Source: Octopus bimaculoides (taxonomy: Eukaryota). From it: 64,000 nt of DNA. The stretch spans positions 45,402,319 through 45,466,318 of the forward strand of contig NC_068988.1 in the NCBI RefSeq assembly GCF_001194135.2, given 5' to 3'. Numbering within the stretch: position 1 is the first letter of the stretch; each line of letters begins with the position of its first letter. Under the pieces are notes generated by a model. That model was given only the letters and a program-made list of their open reading frames with translations. It did no database searches and was not told the origin of the DNA. This document shows positions 63,570-64,000 of this stretch, piece after piece. The position numbers and the translations under genes were made by a program.

Positions 63570-63830
63570 AAAGCATGAGGACGACCTCGTTTTTGTTTAA
63601 AGATCGTCTGCAAGAGAGATATGAAGTCAATAGATCTGGACATCCTGAGATGGGTGGAGGCCACAAATGACCACCCATGTTGGAGACAAGTACTGTGCAA
63701 GGGACGGAATGAGGGGAAGAAAAACTGGAACTTGCTACTGAAGAAAAGCATGCTCAAAGAAAGGAAAAGTCATAGCATTGGTGGAGAGCTTCAAATGCAG
63801 TCACTGCATGCATGGCTGCCACTCCTCACA
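63570..63830 (+). mobile_element. RTE LINE ORF2 C-terminal fragment
   Basis: (GRPR)..FKD.CKRDMKSIDLDILRWVEATNDHPCWRQ with one frameshift. Confidence 0.7.
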
Positions 63831-63877
63831 AAAACTCACCAGGTGCAGATCCATAATCTTTCAAGACAGACAGATGC

Positions 63878-63908
<31 letters not shown>

Positions 63909-64000
63909 CCTACAAACCTACCTACCTACCTACCCACCTACTAACCTACCTACCTACTTATCTATCTACCGAGAACGCAGGGTGGACTTCAGTGCCTACC

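Overview
AT-rich, repeat-dense animal genomic scaffold with 11 N-gaps. The mix of dense TA/CA/TAA/CAT microsatellites, several tRNA-headed SINE families, RTE and Penelope-type remnants and many Tc1/mariner-superfamily relics is most consistent with a coleoid cephalopod (Octopus-like) genome; this is inference, not a database result. The only convincing host coding sequence is one uninterrupted 4.9-kb minus-strand ORF (39616-44556, 1646 aa, K/S/T/N-rich, no domain I recognise). It contains about 60 degenerate hexapeptide repeats and is followed, past its stop codon, by a decayed 27-bp (nonapeptide) repeat tract that still reads like coding sequence. The rest is mostly mobile DNA: five distinct Tc1/mariner/pogo lineages (DD34D mariner, maT-like, DD34E IR/DR Tc1, DD36E Tc1, Jerky-like Tigger), a TAA-flanked R4/Dong-type retrotransposon end, Penelope-type termini with minimal hammerhead-ribozyme architecture, foldback palindromes and minisatellites. 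Two further low-confidence minus-strand exon candidates are noted. Almost all short ORFs in the supplied track are microsatellite or N-gap artefacts. No rRNA, true tRNA or CRISPR array is supported. All alignments and translations were done by eye, so repeat boundaries are approximate.
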